Shown piece after piece: positions 1-9,067 of a stretch of 64,000 bases of DNA. Within the stretch, counting starts at the first letter, position 1; the number at the start of each line of letters is the position of its first letter. The stretch spans positions 9,726 through 73,725 of the forward strand of contig JAYEIQ010000009.1 in assembly GCA_034660175.1 (NCBI GenBank). Reading direction: 5' to 3'. Source of the stretch: Patescibacteria group bacterium (GTDB lineage Bacteria; Patescibacteriota; Minisyncoccia; Moranbacterales; DUUL01). A program made the translations under genes and the position numbers. Under the pieces are notes generated by a model. The model worked only from the letters and a program-made list of their open reading frames with translations. It was not told the origin of the DNA and did not search any database.

Positions 1-940
1 TAAACAGCTTTTTCATGTGGGTAGAATTTCAATTGACCAACATTCAATACCCAGCTCTCAGCAAATAGGTTTTCAGATTGGACCAAGGATTAACGCTGCT
101 GGTAGAATGGATCATGCAAGTCTTGCATTTGACTTGCTTGCTTCAAAAGAAAATGAAGAATCAAAGGCAAGACTTTTGGCACTTGAGATCGAAGATAAAA
201 ACAAGCGCCGTCAAAAAGTGACCGAAGTGATTGTCAAAGAAGTGCAACAGAAGGTGGAGAAAAGATCAAGTAAGCCAGCTGTCATTATCGAGGCATCTCC
301 TAATTGGGAGATCGGTGTTGTTGGTCTCGCAGCGGGAAAGATCGCAGAAAAATTCAATGTTCCGACAATTCTTTTTCAAGAAAAAGATGATGGTCTTTAT
401 GGATCTGGACGATCAGTCGATGATTTGAACTTGTTAGAGATTATAGATAAGCACAAGGATCTGATGAAACAGTTTGGTGGTCATGCGCAGGCTTTAGGGA
501 TTAGGCTTGAGAAGGAAAAACTTGGTGATTTCCAAAAGAAGATCAAAGGTGAAATGGAGAAAATTGAGCGTAAGAATCATGGAAAAGAAATTCGTATTGA
601 TGCGGAAATTGAATTAGAGGAAATTAACAATAAACTTGTTCAAGAGCTAAGTCTGCTGGAGCCCTTTGGGTCTAAAAATGAAAGGCCGAAATTATTTTCG
701 AGAAGACTCGTGATCAAGGAGATGAGGGTGGTTGGAAATGGTGAGAAACATTTGAAGCTTTGGCTTGTTGATGAAAAAAGCGACAAAAGGAGTCTCGAGT
801 GTATTGGTTTTGGCATGGCACAAAATTTTGAAGGATTGAGGATTGGAGGTAAGATCAATGTTGTGTATAATTTAGAAGAGGATAGTTGGAATGGTATGAA
901 GAAAATTCAAGCTTCTTTGATCGATATTGAGAGACTGTAA
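1..940 (+). CDS. recJ: Single-stranded-DNA exonuclease RecJ, 5'-partial
   Basis: GPRINAAGRM, DHHA1 motifs GSGRS and FGGH, LLEPFGxxNxxP and a C-terminal OB-fold region; frame is open from position 2. Confidence 0.95.
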   Translation, partial: KQLFHVGRISIDQHSIPSSQQIGFQIGPRINAAGRMDHASLAFDLLASKENEESKARLLALEIEDKNKRRQKVTEVIVKEVQQKVEKRSSKPAVIIEASPNWEIGVVGLAAGKIAEKFNVPTILFQEKDDGLYGSGRSVDDLNLLEIIDKHKDLMKQFGGHAQALGIRLEKEKLGDFQKKIKGEMEKIERKNHGKEIRIDAEIELEEINNKLVQELSLLEPFGSKNERPKLFSRRLVIKEMRVVGNGEKHLKLWLVDEKSDKRSLECIGFGMAQNFEGLRIGGKINVVYNLEEDSWNGMKKIQASLIDIERL

Positions 941-956
941 AGGTTTGATGATTTTG

Positions 957-985
957 TTGACCGCAGGTTCTTTTTTGGTTATAAT
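957..985 (+). promoter_or_regulatory. Sigma70-type promoter for the tRNA-Glu transcript
   Basis: TTGACC (957-962), 17 bp spacer, TATAAT (980-985). Confidence 0.75.
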
Positions 986-1076
986 AATAGATAGTTTCGA
1001 GGTTAGTTTGAGAAACTTCAATATTCTTTTTTGATAGAAAACTAAGGCTAAAATTGTCTATCACGAACCAAATGGA

Positions 1077-1283
1077 GTTGCCATCGTCTGGTGCGGCAAG
1101 GAATGATAGAGACGTCAGAACTGGCGGACTAATTATCAAGATATGTGCAATTAGACTTGAAACATTTGCATGCCGCCATCGTCTAGTGCGGTAAGGAATG
1201 ATAGAGACGTCAGAACTGGCGGACTAATTATCAAGATATGTGCAATTAGACTTGAAACATTTGCATGCCGCCATCGTCTAGTG
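1077..1283 (+). repeat. 95-bp tandem repeat (two units plus 17 nt); each unit starts with the tRNA-Glu 5' end
   Basis: Units start at 1077 and 1172 and the tRNA at 1267. Units 1 and 2 differ at 4 of 95 positions. GCCGCCATCGTCTAGTG opens both unit 2 and the tRNA. Confidence 0.95.
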
Positions 1284-1338
1284 GTTAGGACGCCAGGTTC
1301 TCATCCTGGTAACGGGGGTTCAATTCCCCCTGGCGGTA
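1267..1338 (+). tRNA. tRNA-Glu(CTC), CCA not encoded
   Basis: Acceptor stem GCCGCCA/TGGCGGT, D arm CGTCTAGTGGTTAGGACG, anticodon arm CCAGG-TTCTCAT-CCTGG, T arm GGGGG-TTCAATT-CCCCC, discriminator A. Confidence 0.96.
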
Positions 1339-1399
1339 CGAGAAAGTGAAAAAGAAGAATTATCATATTTGAGTCATTTATAACTTAGGAAAGTGAATC

Positions 1400-1551
1400 G
1401 AATCGGTAGCAGTTCTTGTCGTGGCGGAAGAGCGTTGCTGAAAGCGAATAGCGTTCAGCACTACTGTGAACAACGAAGTCGAGCGAAACGAAGATGAGGC
1501 GAAATTTTTACCCGTCCGAAGTGAAAGCGTAGGTGGGTCTCTTGTCGGTAC
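1400..1551 (+). other. GC-rich, hairpin-rich non-coding tract after the tRNA
   Basis: Hairpins GCTGAAAGCGAATAGCGTTCAGC and ACCCGTCCGAAGTGAAAGCGTAGGTGGGT (1510-1538), several GAAA motifs, no credible ORF. Confidence 0.45.
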
Positions 1552-1585
1552 AAATGTGTAAAAATAACAAATAATTAGCATTCAA

Positions 1586-2665
1586 ATGTCAACAAACGAT
1601 GCGATAGGATTGCTAAGAAAATATAAACAAAGACTGGATCCAGTTTTGGAGAAATATTTTCAAAAGAAACTAAAGCAGGCAAAGAAAATAGATCCACTTT
1701 CAGAGAAGGCAGTGGAACTTATTCGAGAATTTACTATTTCTGGTGGGAAGAGAATTAGGCCAGCTGTCATGTATTATGGCTATTTGGCTGCTGGAGGAGA
1801 AGACGATGAGAGGATAGTTGAAGTCTCAATGTCCATTGAAATGACCCATTCTTTTTTGTTGATTCATGATGATATTATTGATAGAGATGAAACAAGACAT
1901 GGTATCAGTACTCTTCATGAAGCATATAAAGAAATTGCAAAGAAGTTTTTTCCAAAAACAAACGCAAGTCATTTTGGAAATTCAATGGCAATGATCGCTG
2001 GTGACATGGCGGCATCAATGGGAAGTGAGATAATATTCAATGCAGATTATAAACCAGAAAAGATCGTGAAAGCACTGGATAGATTGCAACATATAATTTA
2101 TGTCACAATTCCAGGAGAAATGGTTGATGTTGTTCTGGGGGCACAAGGAAGAGCAACCGAAGAGGATATAATTAGAATGTACGAGGGTAAAACTGCTCGA
2201 TATACTTTTGAGGGTCCAGCTCATCTCGGTGCTGTGTTTGCCGGAGCTAAAGATGATGTTCTAAAGAACTTCACTGATTATTCGCTTCCTTTGGGATCCG
2301 CGTTTCAAATCAGAGACGATATACTTGGGGTTTTTGGAGACGAAAAGAAGCTCGGAAAACCTGTCGGTTCAGATATTATTGAGGGGAAGCAAACAATGCT
2401 CGTTGTGAAGGCGTTGGAGAATGCTACGAAAGTCCAAGAGAAGAGATTTCGTGAGCTGTTCGGCAAAGAAGATATCACTTTTGACGAGATTGATGATTTC
2501 AGAAAGATCATTGAAGACACCGGGTCTCTTAAGATAGCGAATGATATGTCAGAAAGATTTATTAAAGAATCACTTGAGTCGCTGAGTAAAATTGACATCA
2601 AAAATGATCAGGCAAAAATGTTTTTTGAAGGTATTGCACAATATATAATTGAAAGACAACACTAA
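1586..2665 (+). CDS. Short-chain trans-polyprenyl diphosphate synthase (FPP/GGPP synthase family)
   Basis: GGKRIRP, first Asp-rich motif FLLIHDDIIDRDETR with Phe five residues upstream, KTA, second motif FQIRDDILG, GKPVGSDIIEGK. Confidence 0.92.
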   Translation: MSTNDAIGLLRKYKQRLDPVLEKYFQKKLKQAKKIDPLSEKAVELIREFTISGGKRIRPAVMYYGYLAAGGEDDERIVEVSMSIEMTHSFLLIHDDIIDRDETRHGISTLHEAYKEIAKKFFPKTNASHFGNSMAMIAGDMAASMGSEIIFNADYKPEKIVKALDRLQHIIYVTIPGEMVDVVLGAQGRATEEDIIRMYEGKTARYTFEGPAHLGAVFAGAKDDVLKNFTDYSLPLGSAFQIRDDILGVFGDEKKLGKPVGSDIIEGKQTMLVVKALENATKVQEKRFRELFGKEDITFDEIDDFRKIIEDTGSLKIANDMSERFIKESLESLSKIDIKNDQAKMFFEGIAQYIIERQH

Positions 2666-2683
2666 TTTCTTGTCAAAAATATT

Positions 2684-3421
2684 TTGGAAAAAATGAACAA
2701 CGATAATCAAAAAGTTCCAAATCATGTTGCAATTGTTCCCGATGGAAACAGACGGTGGGCAAAAAGCCAGGGTCTGGATTCTTGGGATGGGCACAGAGAA
2801 GGTGCGAAGAGAATAGAAGAGATCGTTAGAGAGGCACTAAGGATAAAAATCAAGAGCATTACTTTTTGGGGTTCTTCGGAAGATAATTTTGAGAAGAGGC
2901 CACTACAAGAAAAGAAAGCTCTATTAGAAGTTTATGAAGAATATTTTAAAAAACTAGTAAATAGTGATGATGTTTTTGATAACAAGGCGCGAATTAATGT
3001 TGTTGGGAAATGGGAGCAGCAGTTTCCAAAAAAATTAGTGAGCATTCTCAAAGAGGGAATTGAGAAAACTAAAGATCATTCAAATTATTTTTTAAATTTT
3101 TTATTGGCATACAACGGTAGTAGTGACATTCTTGCTGCAGTGAAAGCTGTTGCGAAATCTTTTGCTAAAGATGAAAATACGGAGCGGATAGATGCAGAAC
3201 ATTTTGGTAAAGGCTTGTTGACAAGAGATCTTCCGAATGTGGATTTGCTTATCAGGACGGGAGTTCAGGAAGATCCTCATAATAGCGCTGGTTTTTTGAT
3301 GTGGCAAACACAAAATTCTCAATATTATTTTTCCGACAGAATGTTTCCAGATTTTGATGTAAAAGAATTTCAAATAGCTTTGGCAGATTATTCCGGGAGA
3401 GTAAGAAGATTGGGTGCTTGA
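2684..3421 (+). CDS. uppS: cis-prenyltransferase, undecaprenyl diphosphate synthase family
   Basis: HVAIVPDGNRRWA, DLLIRTG, FLMWQ and C-terminal RRLG; start may be ATG 2693. Confidence 0.9.
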   Translation: MEKMNNDNQKVPNHVAIVPDGNRRWAKSQGLDSWDGHREGAKRIEEIVREALRIKIKSITFWGSSEDNFEKRPLQEKKALLEVYEEYFKKLVNSDDVFDNKARINVVGKWEQQFPKKLVSILKEGIEKTKDHSNYFLNFLLAYNGSSDILAAVKAVAKSFAKDENTERIDAEHFGKGLLTRDLPNVDLLIRTGVQEDPHNSAGFLMWQTQNSQYYFSDRMFPDFDVKEFQIALADYSGRVRRLGA

Positions 3422-3479
3422 ACGTAGTGTGAAAAGAGCGCCTATGCGCTTATTAATTTATAAATTGTAAACTAACAAA

Positions 3480-3794
3480 ATGGCTCTAGAATTTACAGAC
3501 AAGAATTTCGAAGAAGATGTTTTGGAAAGTGATAAGCCGGTGCTTGTTGATTTTTGGGCACCTTGGTGTGGTCCTTGTCAAATGATGGCTCCGATTGTTG
3601 ATGACACAGCTAAGGATGTGAAAGATGTCGGAAAAGTAGGGAAATTAAATGTAGACGAAAATCCTGAGACTGCTCAGAAGTATGGTGTTATGTCTATTCC
3701 AACATTGATAATCTTCAAAAAGGGAGAAAATGTTAAGCAACTTGTTGGTGTTCAGTCAAAGGAAGTTCTCATTGAGGAACTAAAAAAAGCTTAA
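3480..3794 (+). CDS. trxA: Thioredoxin
   Basis: [10 protein letters not shown] and MSIPT in a 104-aa protein. Confidence 0.97.
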   Translation: MALEFTDKNFEEDVLESDKPVLVDFWAPWCGPCQMMAPIVDDTAKDVKDVGKVGKLNVDENPETAQKYGVMSIPTLIIFKKGENVKQLVGVQSKEVLIEELKKA

Positions 3795-3800
3795 GATTAA

Positions 3801-4730
3801 ATGAGAAACATACAAGATCTTTTGATATTAGGGGCCGGACCGGCCGGACTGACTGCCTCTATCTATGCTTCAAGATATAACATTGATCACTTGGTGATTG
3901 GATCAGAAGTTGGAGGTTATTTGAATGAGATTCATAAAGTTGAAAACTATCCAGGATTTGAAAAAATCTCAGGTCTTGAGCTTGGTCAAAAAATGATTGG
4001 GCATGCTGAATCTTTCAATGGAAAAGTCAGAAGAGAGACTGTTCTTGAGATCAGGCAGAAAGATGGAATATTTCAACTCAAAACAGACAAGGAGGAATAT
4101 AAAGCAAGAAATATAGTATACTCAATTGGAACGAGTTGTAAAAAATTGAGAATTCCTGGCGAGAAAGAGCTTTTGGGGAAGGGTGTGTCGTATTGTGCAA
4201 CGTGTGACGGTCCTTTTTTTAAAGGTAAAAGTGTGGCAGTTGTTGGTGGTGCAAACTCTGCGGCGATGGCTGCTTTGATGTTGAGTGAATATGCCAAGAA
4301 AGTTTTTGTGATTTATCGTAGAGGTGTTTTGCGCAGTGCACCAAGTTATATAGACAAGATCGAGAAGACAAAGAATATCGAGGTGCTATACCATACAACA
4401 TTAAAGAAAATTCTAGGAAAAGACCGCGTTGAAAAGGTTTTGTTGTGCAATCCTCCGAAACAAGACAAGCAAATGGATATGGATGGTGTCTTCATTGAGA
4501 TTGGTTCACAGCCAAATTGTGACAATATTGTTGAATTGGGAGTCGAAATGAACGAAAAAGGCTATATTGTAACTAAACCAGACCAATCAACTAGTTTAGC
4601 TGGTTTCTTTGCAGCGGGAGATATCACAACAAATTCAAATAACTTTCGACAAATTATAACTGCAGCAGCTGAAGGTGCCGTTGCTGCTCTGTCTGTTTTT
4701 GACAGACTTAAGGATACAAACAATGAATGA
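3801..4730 (+). CDS. trxB: Thioredoxin reductase
   Basis: GAGPAG, GVSYCATCDG, GGANSA and FAAGD; adjacent to trxA. Confidence 0.95.
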   Translation: MRNIQDLLILGAGPAGLTASIYASRYNIDHLVIGSEVGGYLNEIHKVENYPGFEKISGLELGQKMIGHAESFNGKVRRETVLEIRQKDGIFQLKTDKEEYKARNIVYSIGTSCKKLRIPGEKELLGKGVSYCATCDGPFFKGKSVAVVGGANSAAMAALMLSEYAKKVFVIYRRGVLRSAPSYIDKIEKTKNIEVLYHTTLKKILGKDRVEKVLLCNPPKQDKQMDMDGVFIEIGSQPNCDNIVELGVEMNEKGYIVTKPDQSTSLAGFFAAGDITTNSNNFRQIITAAAEGAVAALSVFDRLKDTNNE

Positions 4731-5847
4731 TTCAATTCGGTTGTCAAAAAAAATTGGTGGTAAGATTGAGGTTAATAGCAAAAGAAAGCTGAATAAAAAC
4801 AATTTGGCTGTTTTGTATACTCCTGGAGTTGCTGAGGTTTCTAAGGAAATTGCAAAAAACAAGAAGATCGCCAGACAATATACAATTAAAAAAAATGCCA
4901 TCGCTGTTGTTTCTGATGGGTCTGCAGTACTTGGTCTTGGAAATATTGGTCCTGAGGCGGCGCTTCCAGTAATGGAAGGGAAGGCTCTCTTGTTTAAAGA
5001 ACTTGCAGATGTTGATGCGTTTCCTTTAGTGTTGAATACTCAAAAAACAGATGAAATTGTTTCAATTGTGAAAGCTATTGCACCGACTTTTGGTGGAATA
5101 AATCTAGAGGATATTTCAGCTCCTCGTTGTTTTGAGATAGAAGAGTGTCTCAAAAAGAATTTGAAAATTCCAGTGTTTCATGATGATCAACATGGTACGG
5201 CAATTGTTGTTTTGGCAGGTCTCATAAATGCGTTGAAGGTTGTGAACAAAAAAATTGGTTCAATAAAGATAGTTATATCTGGAACGGGTGCCGCTGGAGT
5301 TGCAATTGCAAAATTGCTATTGAAAGCAGGAGCAAAAAATATTTTATTGACTGACAGCAAAGGAATCGTCTATGAAGGACGAAAAAAAGGAATGAATGAA
5401 GCAAAAAGAAAAATTGCAAAGGTGACTAACAAGGGAAAGGAGCATGGTTCTTTGACTGATGCTCTTGTTGATGCCGATGTTTTTGTTGGTGTTTCTGCCC
5501 CGAATATTGTGAAAGTGAACGATGTAAAAAACATGAATAAAAAAGCGATTGTTTTTGCAATGAGTAATCCTGTTCCAGAGATTATGCCAGATAAGGCACT
5601 GAAAGCTGGAGTCGCAATTGTTGCTACTGGACGAAGTGATTTTCCAAATCAAATCAATAATGTCTTGGTTTTCCCAGGTATTTTTCGTGGTGCATTGGAT
5701 AATGGGGTAGTACAGATAACAGATAAACACAAACTTGCCGCTGCTCGTGCTTTGGCAAAGATGGTCGTAAAACCGAATGCAAAAAAAATAATTCCCGGTG
5801 CACTGAACAGAAAGGCAGTCAAGGCAGTGGCTCGAGTTTTTAGGTAG
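4723..5847 (+). CDS. NAD(P)-dependent malic enzyme
   Basis: YTPGVA, DGSAVLGLGNIG, MEGK, INLEDI, FHDDQHGTA and ATGRSDFPNQINN; ATG 4723 overlaps the end of trxB. Confidence 0.95.
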   Translation: MNDSIRLSKKIGGKIEVNSKRKLNKNNLAVLYTPGVAEVSKEIAKNKKIARQYTIKKNAIAVVSDGSAVLGLGNIGPEAALPVMEGKALLFKELADVDAFPLVLNTQKTDEIVSIVKAIAPTFGGINLEDISAPRCFEIEECLKKNLKIPVFHDDQHGTAIVVLAGLINALKVVNKKIGSIKIVISGTGAAGVAIAKLLLKAGAKNILLTDSKGIVYEGRKKGMNEAKRKIAKVTNKGKEHGSLTDALVDADVFVGVSAPNIVKVNDVKNMNKKAIVFAMSNPVPEIMPDKALKAGVAIVATGRSDFPNQINNVLVFPGIFRGALDNGVVQITDKHKLAAARALAKMVVKPNAKKIIPGALNRKAVKAVARVFR

Positions 5848-5862
5848 TCTCAAAAAAGAATC

Positions 5863-5891
5863 TTGCATTGTTCATGCTGGTTTGATAAGAT
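5863..5891 (+). promoter_or_regulatory. Putative sigma70 promoter for rplI
   Basis: TTGCAT, 17 bp, TAAGAT with an extended -10 TG; GAGGAG lies downstream. Confidence 0.5.
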
Positions 5892-5936
5892 GTTATAAAG
5901 CATCGAGGAGGAGTGGATAAAATTTAAGGTAGCAGT

Positions 5937-6377
5937 ATGAAAGTCGTGATTAAGCAAAAAGTTGAAAATGTTGGAGGGGCAGGCGAGGTCAAAGATGTTG
6001 CTGACGGGTTTGCGCGAAATTTTTTGATTCCAAATGGTCTTGCAGAACCAGCAACACAGAAAAATGTTTCAAGAGCAGAGGAGTCTGTGCAGCAGAAAGA
6101 GAAGGAGCAAAGCGACGAATTGAAACAGATTCAAAATCTGGCGCAAAAAATTGATGGAGAAGAATTTTTAATCAAAGCTAAAGCCAAAGAAGGGAAACTT
6201 TTTGGTTCTGTTGATGTTGGTTTGATTGTTGAGAAACTAAAAGAAAGTGATGTAACAGTGGAAGAGTCTTCTGTTGAACTTAAAGAACCTATCAAAGAGG
6301 TTGGAGAATATCAAATAAAAATAAATTTCAATCATGGGATTGAAGCGACAGTTAAGATGGTCGTTGAAAAGGAATAG
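5937..6377 (+). CDS. rplI: 50S ribosomal protein L9
   Basis: VKDVADGFARNFLIP, GKLFGSV and PIKEVGEY. Confidence 0.97.
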   Translation: MKVVIKQKVENVGGAGEVKDVADGFARNFLIPNGLAEPATQKNVSRAEESVQQKEKEQSDELKQIQNLAQKIDGEEFLIKAKAKEGKLFGSVDVGLIVEKLKESDVTVEESSVELKEPIKEVGEYQIKINFNHGIEATVKMVVEKE

Positions 6378-6412
6378 CTGAAGTGAGTGGGGGATAGAGT
6401 TGTGGGTCGGTT

Positions 6413-6445
6413 AAAACCGCAACTTCAAAGTGGAGCGGTTTTTTT
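6413..6445 (+). terminator. Intrinsic terminator after rplI
   Basis: AAAACCGC...GCGGTTTT stem followed by a T-run. Confidence 0.75.
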
Positions 6446-6487
6446 GGTGGAAAAAATCATAATAAAATAATATCTAAATTATACTAT

Positions 6488-6997
6488 ATGCTCAGCATCT
6501 TTATGATTGTATTGATGAGTCTTTTCTTTTTCACTTTTCCAGCAACCGAGAGGAGTTATTCTGAAGAGGTTAATACAAAAAAGTACATAAACTCTTATCT
6601 TATGTTTAGTTTTTTCCTTACTGCCTCTGTTTTTGGAGAATATTGCTAAATTATTTGATTCATTTGTTGCAAGCTCTTTCTTTTTGATACTCGTTGGGAT
6701 TTATATTATACTCATAGGTTACTATTTTGTTGCTTTTTTTAAAAAGAACGGATTTTCTAGATATTTTATATATAGGTGGTGTTTTTAGTGTATGTGTCAT
6801 TGTTTTTGCCACTGTTATATTATTTGCTAAGAAAACCAATTAAGTTGATAGCTCAAAAACCGAAAAAGTGGGCAAACAAGATTATTTATCCATGATTAGC
6901 TATTTTCAGTGTGTTGTTGAGTACAGTGATCATGTATTTTTATTTTATGTTTTTGGCTTTTAAGAGTTGGGCAGAGGATGGTGGTGGGTTTCTTTAA
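6488..6997 (+). pseudogene. Degraded multi-pass membrane protein gene
   Basis: Hydrophobic segments in shifting frames (MLSIFMIVLMSLFFF, SSFFLILVGIYIILIGYYFVAFF, IGGVFSVCVIVFATVILF, LAIFSVLLSTVIMYFYFMFLAF) broken by stops and frameshifts. Confidence 0.55.
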
Positions 6998-7025
6998 ATA
7001 TTAATAATTTTACAAAAATAGAGCA

Positions 7026-8660
7026 ATGAAAAACACAAAATATATCTTTGTTTTTGGGGGAGTGATGAGTGGTATTGGGAAAGGCGTTGCTACATCTTCG
7101 ATTGCTAAAATTATACAATCAAGAGGTTATAGCGTCACTGCTATTAAGATTGACCCTTATGTCAACGTTGATGCGGGTACCATGAATCCCACTGAACATG
7201 GAGAGGTTTTTGTTTTATCTAATGGACTGGAAACGGATCAGGATATGGGTAATTATGAAAGATTTCTTAATATCACACTTCCATCTACAAACTATATGAC
7301 CACTGGAAGTGTTTATCAAAAAGTTATTGAGCGAGAAAGGAATCTTGGATATGATGGGAAATGTGTTCAGATTATTCCTCATGTTACGAACGAGGTGATT
7401 GAAACAATCGAAAATGCCGGTCCAAAAAATAAAGCCGACTTTATAATTATTGAAGTTGGTGGAACTACTGGAGACTATGAAAATAATCTTTTCATAGAGG
7501 CTGCGCGTCAAATGAGAATGAGACATGGTAAGGATAGTGTATTGTTTGCAATGATTAGTTTCATACCATATCCGAAGAAAATTGGGGAAATGAAAACCAA
7601 GCCGACTCAGCAAGCTGTGAGATCTTTGAATTCAGCCGGAATTCAACCAGACGTGATTATTGCCAGAAGCGAAGAGCCTATAGATGGAAAAAGAAAATGG
7701 AAAATAGCACTTTTTTGCAATGTGGAAGCAGAGGCTGTTATTTCTGCTCCGGACGTTGATTGTATTTATGATGTTCCTGTAAATTTTGAGAGGGATAAAC
7801 TGAGCACTCTTATTTTGAAACAGCTAAAACTCAGACCACGAAAAACAAACATGCAAAATTGGGTTTGTCTGACCAATAAAATTAGAACTCTTAAAAAAGA
7901 CGTTAGGATTGGAATTGTTGGTAAATACTTTGGGACTGGCGATTGTGTTCTTTCAGATGCTTATATTTCTGTTATTGAAGCGGTGAAACATGCTTGTTAT
8001 GCCAATGACAGAAATCCAGTGATTGATTGGATAAATTCCGAGGTGTTTGAAAGGAATTCAAAGCGAGTAGATCAGATAAAAAAATATGACGGAATTATTG
8101 TTCCGGGAGGGTTTGGTGAAAGAGGAACAGAGGGAAAGATAAAAGTTATTCAATATGTTCGTGAGAACAAAATACCATATCTGGGTCTTTGCTATGGAAT
8201 GCAACTTATGGTAGTTGAATTTGCGAGGAATGTTGCTAACTTGGATCGAGCACATACTTTTGAGGTTAACCCTAAAACCAAACATCCCGTTATTGATCTT
8301 ATGCCAGAACAAAAGAAAAATATGGCTCAGCATAATTATGGAGCTACAATGAGGTTGGGTAATTATCCTTGCAACATCAACAAAGGAACAATTGCATATA
8401 AAGCCTATAAAAAACAAGAAATACAAGAAAGGCATCGTCATAGATATGAAGTTAATCCAAAATATATAAAGAGATTGGAGGAGAAAGGCCTGGTGTTTTC
8501 TGGAATTTCTCCCGATAGACGTTTGATGGAGATTGCAGAATTGCGAATGGAGGATCATCCGTTTATGTTGGGCAGTCAATTTCATCCAGAATTTACAAGT
8601 TCTCCACTGAAACCAAATCCATTATTCTTGAGGTTCGTTAAAACCTCGTCGAAAAAATAG
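7026..8660 (+). CDS. pyrG: CTP synthase
   Basis: GGVMSGIGKG, KIDPYVNVDAGTMNP, KTKPTQ, GLCYGMQ, ERHRHRYE and QFHPE. Confidence 0.98.
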   Translation: MKNTKYIFVFGGVMSGIGKGVATSSIAKIIQSRGYSVTAIKIDPYVNVDAGTMNPTEHGEVFVLSNGLETDQDMGNYERFLNITLPSTNYMTTGSVYQKVIERERNLGYDGKCVQIIPHVTNEVIETIENAGPKNKADFIIIEVGGTTGDYENNLFIEAARQMRMRHGKDSVLFAMISFIPYPKKIGEMKTKPTQQAVRSLNSAGIQPDVIIARSEEPIDGKRKWKIALFCNVEAEAVISAPDVDCIYDVPVNFERDKLSTLILKQLKLRPRKTNMQNWVCLTNKIRTLKKDVRIGIVGKYFGTGDCVLSDAYISVIEAVKHACYANDRNPVIDWINSEVFERNSKRVDQIKKYDGIIVPGGFGERGTEGKIKVIQYVRENKIPYLGLCYGMQLMVVEFARNVANLDRAHTFEVNPKTKHPVIDLMPEQKKNMAQHNYGATMRLGNYPCNINKGTIAYKAYKKQEIQERHRHRYEVNPKYIKRLEEKGLVFSGISPDRRLMEIAELRMEDHPFMLGSQFHPEFTSSPLKPNPLFLRFVKTSSKK

Positions 8661-8669
8661 AAAGAACAA

Positions 8670-8700
8670 AAAACACCCATCTCTTGAAGGTGGGTGTTTT
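8670..8700. terminator. Bidirectional terminator between convergent pyrG and rpmA
   Basis: AAAACACCCATCT-CTTGA-AGGTGGGTGTTTT. Confidence 0.8.
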
Positions 8701-8717
8701 ATAATAAGAGAAGAAAA

Positions 8718-8990
8718 TTATCTAACTTCTATAATTTTTGTATTCTTTAGTTTCCCTGTAAATTTGGTTAGTTTTTTTGTAATAAACTTTACTGCTCCAT
8801 CTTTAAGGGAAATAATCGAGTCATCTCCAGCTCTTTTTGTGCCTTCACCAGCTTTAAATTTTGTTCCTCTCTGACGAACAATTATTTGACCTTTTTGAAC
8901 TTTTTGTCCACCAAAGATCTTGACTCCAAGATATTTTGGTTTAGAATCTCTTCCAAGGTCTGTTGAGCCACCAGCTTTTCTGTGTGCCAT
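8718..8990 (-). CDS. rpmA: 50S ribosomal protein L27
   Basis: [20 protein letters not shown] and [10 protein letters not shown]; ATG at 8990. Confidence 0.97.
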   Translation of the reverse strand: MAHRKAGGSTDLGRDSKPKYLGVKIFGGQKVQKGQIIVRQRGTKFKAGEGTKRAGDDSIISLKDGAVKFITKKLTKFTGKLKNTKIIEVR

Positions 8991-9067
8991 GTTGATATCA
9001 AAATGCAAAAATTAAACTATGTTTAACTTTGCACTAGGTGTTACGATTTAGTTAAAAATATGTTAGG

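Noticed and set aside
1077-1283. 95-bp repeats as a CRISPR array
   Set aside because: The sequence between the 17-nt repeats is near-identical rather than unique spacers, there are only two units, and no cas operon is present.
8991-9008. N-terminal extension of L27 (MHFDIN), like the Prp-cleaved leader of Firmicutes
   Set aside because: It needs a TTG start, a normal ATG precedes AHRK, and no prp gene is adjacent.
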